64,000 bases of DNA from Nitrospinales bacterium (GTDB lineage Bacteria > Nitrospinota > Nitrospinia > Nitrospinales > VA-1). Shown here one piece after another: positions 62,375 through 64,000 of the stretch. Location: NCBI GenBank assembly GCA_965223345.1, contig CBDCWG010000012.1, forward strand, positions 1,728,001 through 1,792,000. The letters run 5' to 3'. Below the pieces are notes generated by a model. The model saw only the letters and a program-made list of their open reading frames with translations. It did no database searches and was not told where the DNA came from. A program made the position numbers and the translations under genes. Each line of letters starts with the position of its first letter. Within the stretch, counting starts at the first letter, position 1.

Positions 62375-63274
62375 TCAGAGAGAGGTCCCGGTCGGCACGG
62401 ATTCGGATTTCTGCCGCTTCATCTCCTGGGCGATTTTCAGGATCTCGTCGTGCACTTCGTTGATCACGTTCTCCGGCGTGCTGGTGCCCGCGGTGATGCC
62501 GACGTGCTGCTTGTTTTGAAACCAGCTGCGGTTCAGCTGGGACGAGGATTCGATGTGATGCGATTCGATCTTCTTGGCGTCGCAGACCTGAACCAGTTTC
62601 TTGGTGTTCGAGGAGTTGTAGCCGCCGATCACGATCATGAGATCCACCTGGTCGGCCAGCTCCCAGACGGCGACCTGCCGGTCGCGGGTGGGCTGGCAGA
62701 TGGTGTTGACGAAGGAGACGTCGTCCACGCAGTCCATCTCGGTGATCTTTTTCACCAGCGCCTCGACTTTGTCAACCTGCTGGGTGGTCTGGCTGACGAT
62801 TCCCAGTTTGCGTTTGCCGCGGTCGCGGATCTTCACCAGGTCCTCTTCGTTGTTGACGACGAGGTAATCCTCCAGGTCGCCGACGATGCCTTTGACCTCG
62901 ACGTGGTCTTTCTGGCCGATGACGACGGGAAAATAGTTTTTCTTCACCAGGGACTTGATGGTCTTGTGCACCCGCATGACGAGCGGGCAGCTGGCGTCGT
63001 AGACGATGAAACCCGCCTGCAACAGCTTGCGCTTGGTTTTGTCGGCGGCGCCGTGGGCGGTGATCATCACTTTTTTGGTGGTGATCTTGTCGATGTCCTC
63101 GATGCCGGCCACCAGGGAGACCCCGTTTTGCTTCAGGGATTCGTTGACCTGCGGGTTGTGCACCAGTTGACCGATGATGGTGAGATCCGAGCGGAATTCG
63201 GGGGCCATGGCCAGATTGATGGCGTCCTGGACTCCGAAGCAGGTACCGAGAGCACTCGCGAGGGATACTTTCAT
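62375..63274 (-). CDS. ispH: 4-hydroxy-3-methylbut-2-enyl diphosphate reductase
   Basis: GTCFGV, LVHNP, TAHG, DASCPLV, HVEVKG, SQTT, NTIC..T..RQ, NSSNT, TAGTSTP; start ATG 63274. Confidence 0.96.
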   Translation of the reverse strand: MKVSLASALGTCFGVQDAINLAMAPEFRSDLTIIGQLVHNPQVNESLKQNGVSLVAGIEDIDKITTKKVMITAHGAADKTKRKLLQAGFIVYDASCPLVMRVHKTIKSLVKKNYFPVVIGQKDHVEVKGIVGDLEDYLVVNNEEDLVKIRDRGKRKLGIVSQTTQQVDKVEALVKKITEMDCVDDVSFVNTICQPTRDRQVAVWELADQVDLMIVIGGYNSSNTKKLVQVCDAKKIESHHIESSSQLNRSWFQNKQHVGITAGTSTPENVINEVHDEILKIAQEMKRQKSESVPTGTSL

Positions 63275-63378
63275 TGTGGTTTCCTTTTCGATGGAATGGG
63301 CCCTTTCCTGCTGTTGCGACGGTTTGCGATGCAAACTTTAATCATAACAAAACCTCCGCATCTTTGAAAGCCCGGGGC

Positions 63379-64000
63379 TCATTTTAACAGCAGGTTTTTG
63401 AGAAGCTGCCAGGAGGTCTGGCGGCCGATATCGGCGATCGATTCGGTCAGGGGGATGTTTTTCGGGCACACCTCCACGCACACCTGGGCGTTGCCGCAGT
63501 CGGCGATCCCGCCTTCCCCCATGAGGGTTTCGAGCCTTTCCTCCTGGTTCATGGCTCCCGTGGGGTGCAGGTTGAACAGGCGCACCTGGCTGATCGTCGC
63601 CGCACCCACGAAGTTGTTGTCCTTGGTGAACTGCGGGCAGGCCTCCAGGCAGCAGCCGCAGGTCATGCATTCGGAAAGCACGTAGCGTTTGGCGCGGATC
63701 TGGTCGGAGATGATGGGGCCCTCGCCGATGTCGTGGGTGCCGTCGATGTCGATCCAGGCTTTCACCTTTTTCAGGTTCTTGAACATGCGCGTGCGGTCCA
63801 CCTGCAGGTCGCGCACCACCGGAAATTTGGTCATCGGTTCCAGCTGGATCGGCTGTTCCAGCTGATCGACGAGGGCGGTGCAGGACTGCCGCACCTTGCC
63901 GTTCACCAGCATGGTGCAGGAGCCGCAGACCTCCTCCAGGCAGTTGGAATCCCAGGTGACCGGGTTCACGGTTTTGCCGTCTGCCGTGACGGGGTTTTTC
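63379..64000 (-). CDS. sdhB: Succinate dehydrogenase/fumarate reductase iron-sulfur subunit (5' part outside the window)
   Basis: CLEEVCGSC, QSCTAL, FPVVRDL, CMTCGCCLEACP, CGNAQVCVEVCPK (Bacillus-type SdhB). Confidence 0.92.
   Translation of the reverse strand, partial: KNPVTADGKTVNPVTWDSNCLEEVCGSCTMLVNGKVRQSCTALVDQLEQPIQLEPMTKFPVVRDLQVDRTRMFKNLKKVKAWIDIDGTHDIGEGPIISDQIRAKRYVLSECMTCGCCLEACPQFTKDNNFVGAATISQVRLFNLHPTGAMNQEERLETLMGEGGIADCGNAQVCVEVCPKNIPLTESIADIGRQTSWQLLKNLLLK

Overview
A GC-rich, gene-dense bacterial chromosomal segment. Gene content and style suggest a Nitrospina/Nitrospinota-like chemolithoautotroph; this is an inference, not verified. The housekeeping backbone includes ruvCAB-yebC, mtnA, divIVA/yggT/yggU, asnS, rlmD, kdsA, proB, purA, cstA, an Nfu scaffold, ispH, a squalene/phytoene synthase, a partial sdhB and a split MacAB-type exporter. 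Accessory features: (i) an unannotated ~115-nt transcription unit at ~21430-21572 with a consensus sigma54 promoter, CCUC-loop hairpins and an intrinsic terminator, a candidate new sRNA; (ii) a PAS-AAA+ sigma54 activator divergent from a sigma54 promoter and a ~9-kb operon (VOC, pirin, membrane protein, degenerate MBL-fold protein, two tandem exported amidohydrolases with near-identical 3' ends, YcaC hydrolase, lipoprotein, nitroreductase); (iii) two families of short repeats (GACAGGAT(G/GG/GA)ACAGGATAA and CGCAAAG(A/G)CGCAAAG) that bracket AT-rich orphan genes and cluster in one intergenic mosaic; (iv) an AT-rich stand-alone OLD-like ATPase-TOPRIM gene with a C10 tract upstream and a probable Trp-to-TGA stop near its end; (v) an anchorless fumarate-reductase-like Fe-S/flavoprotein pair. 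No rRNA, tRNA, CRISPR array, integrase or transposase was recognised. All calls come from reading motifs by eye, with no database searches.
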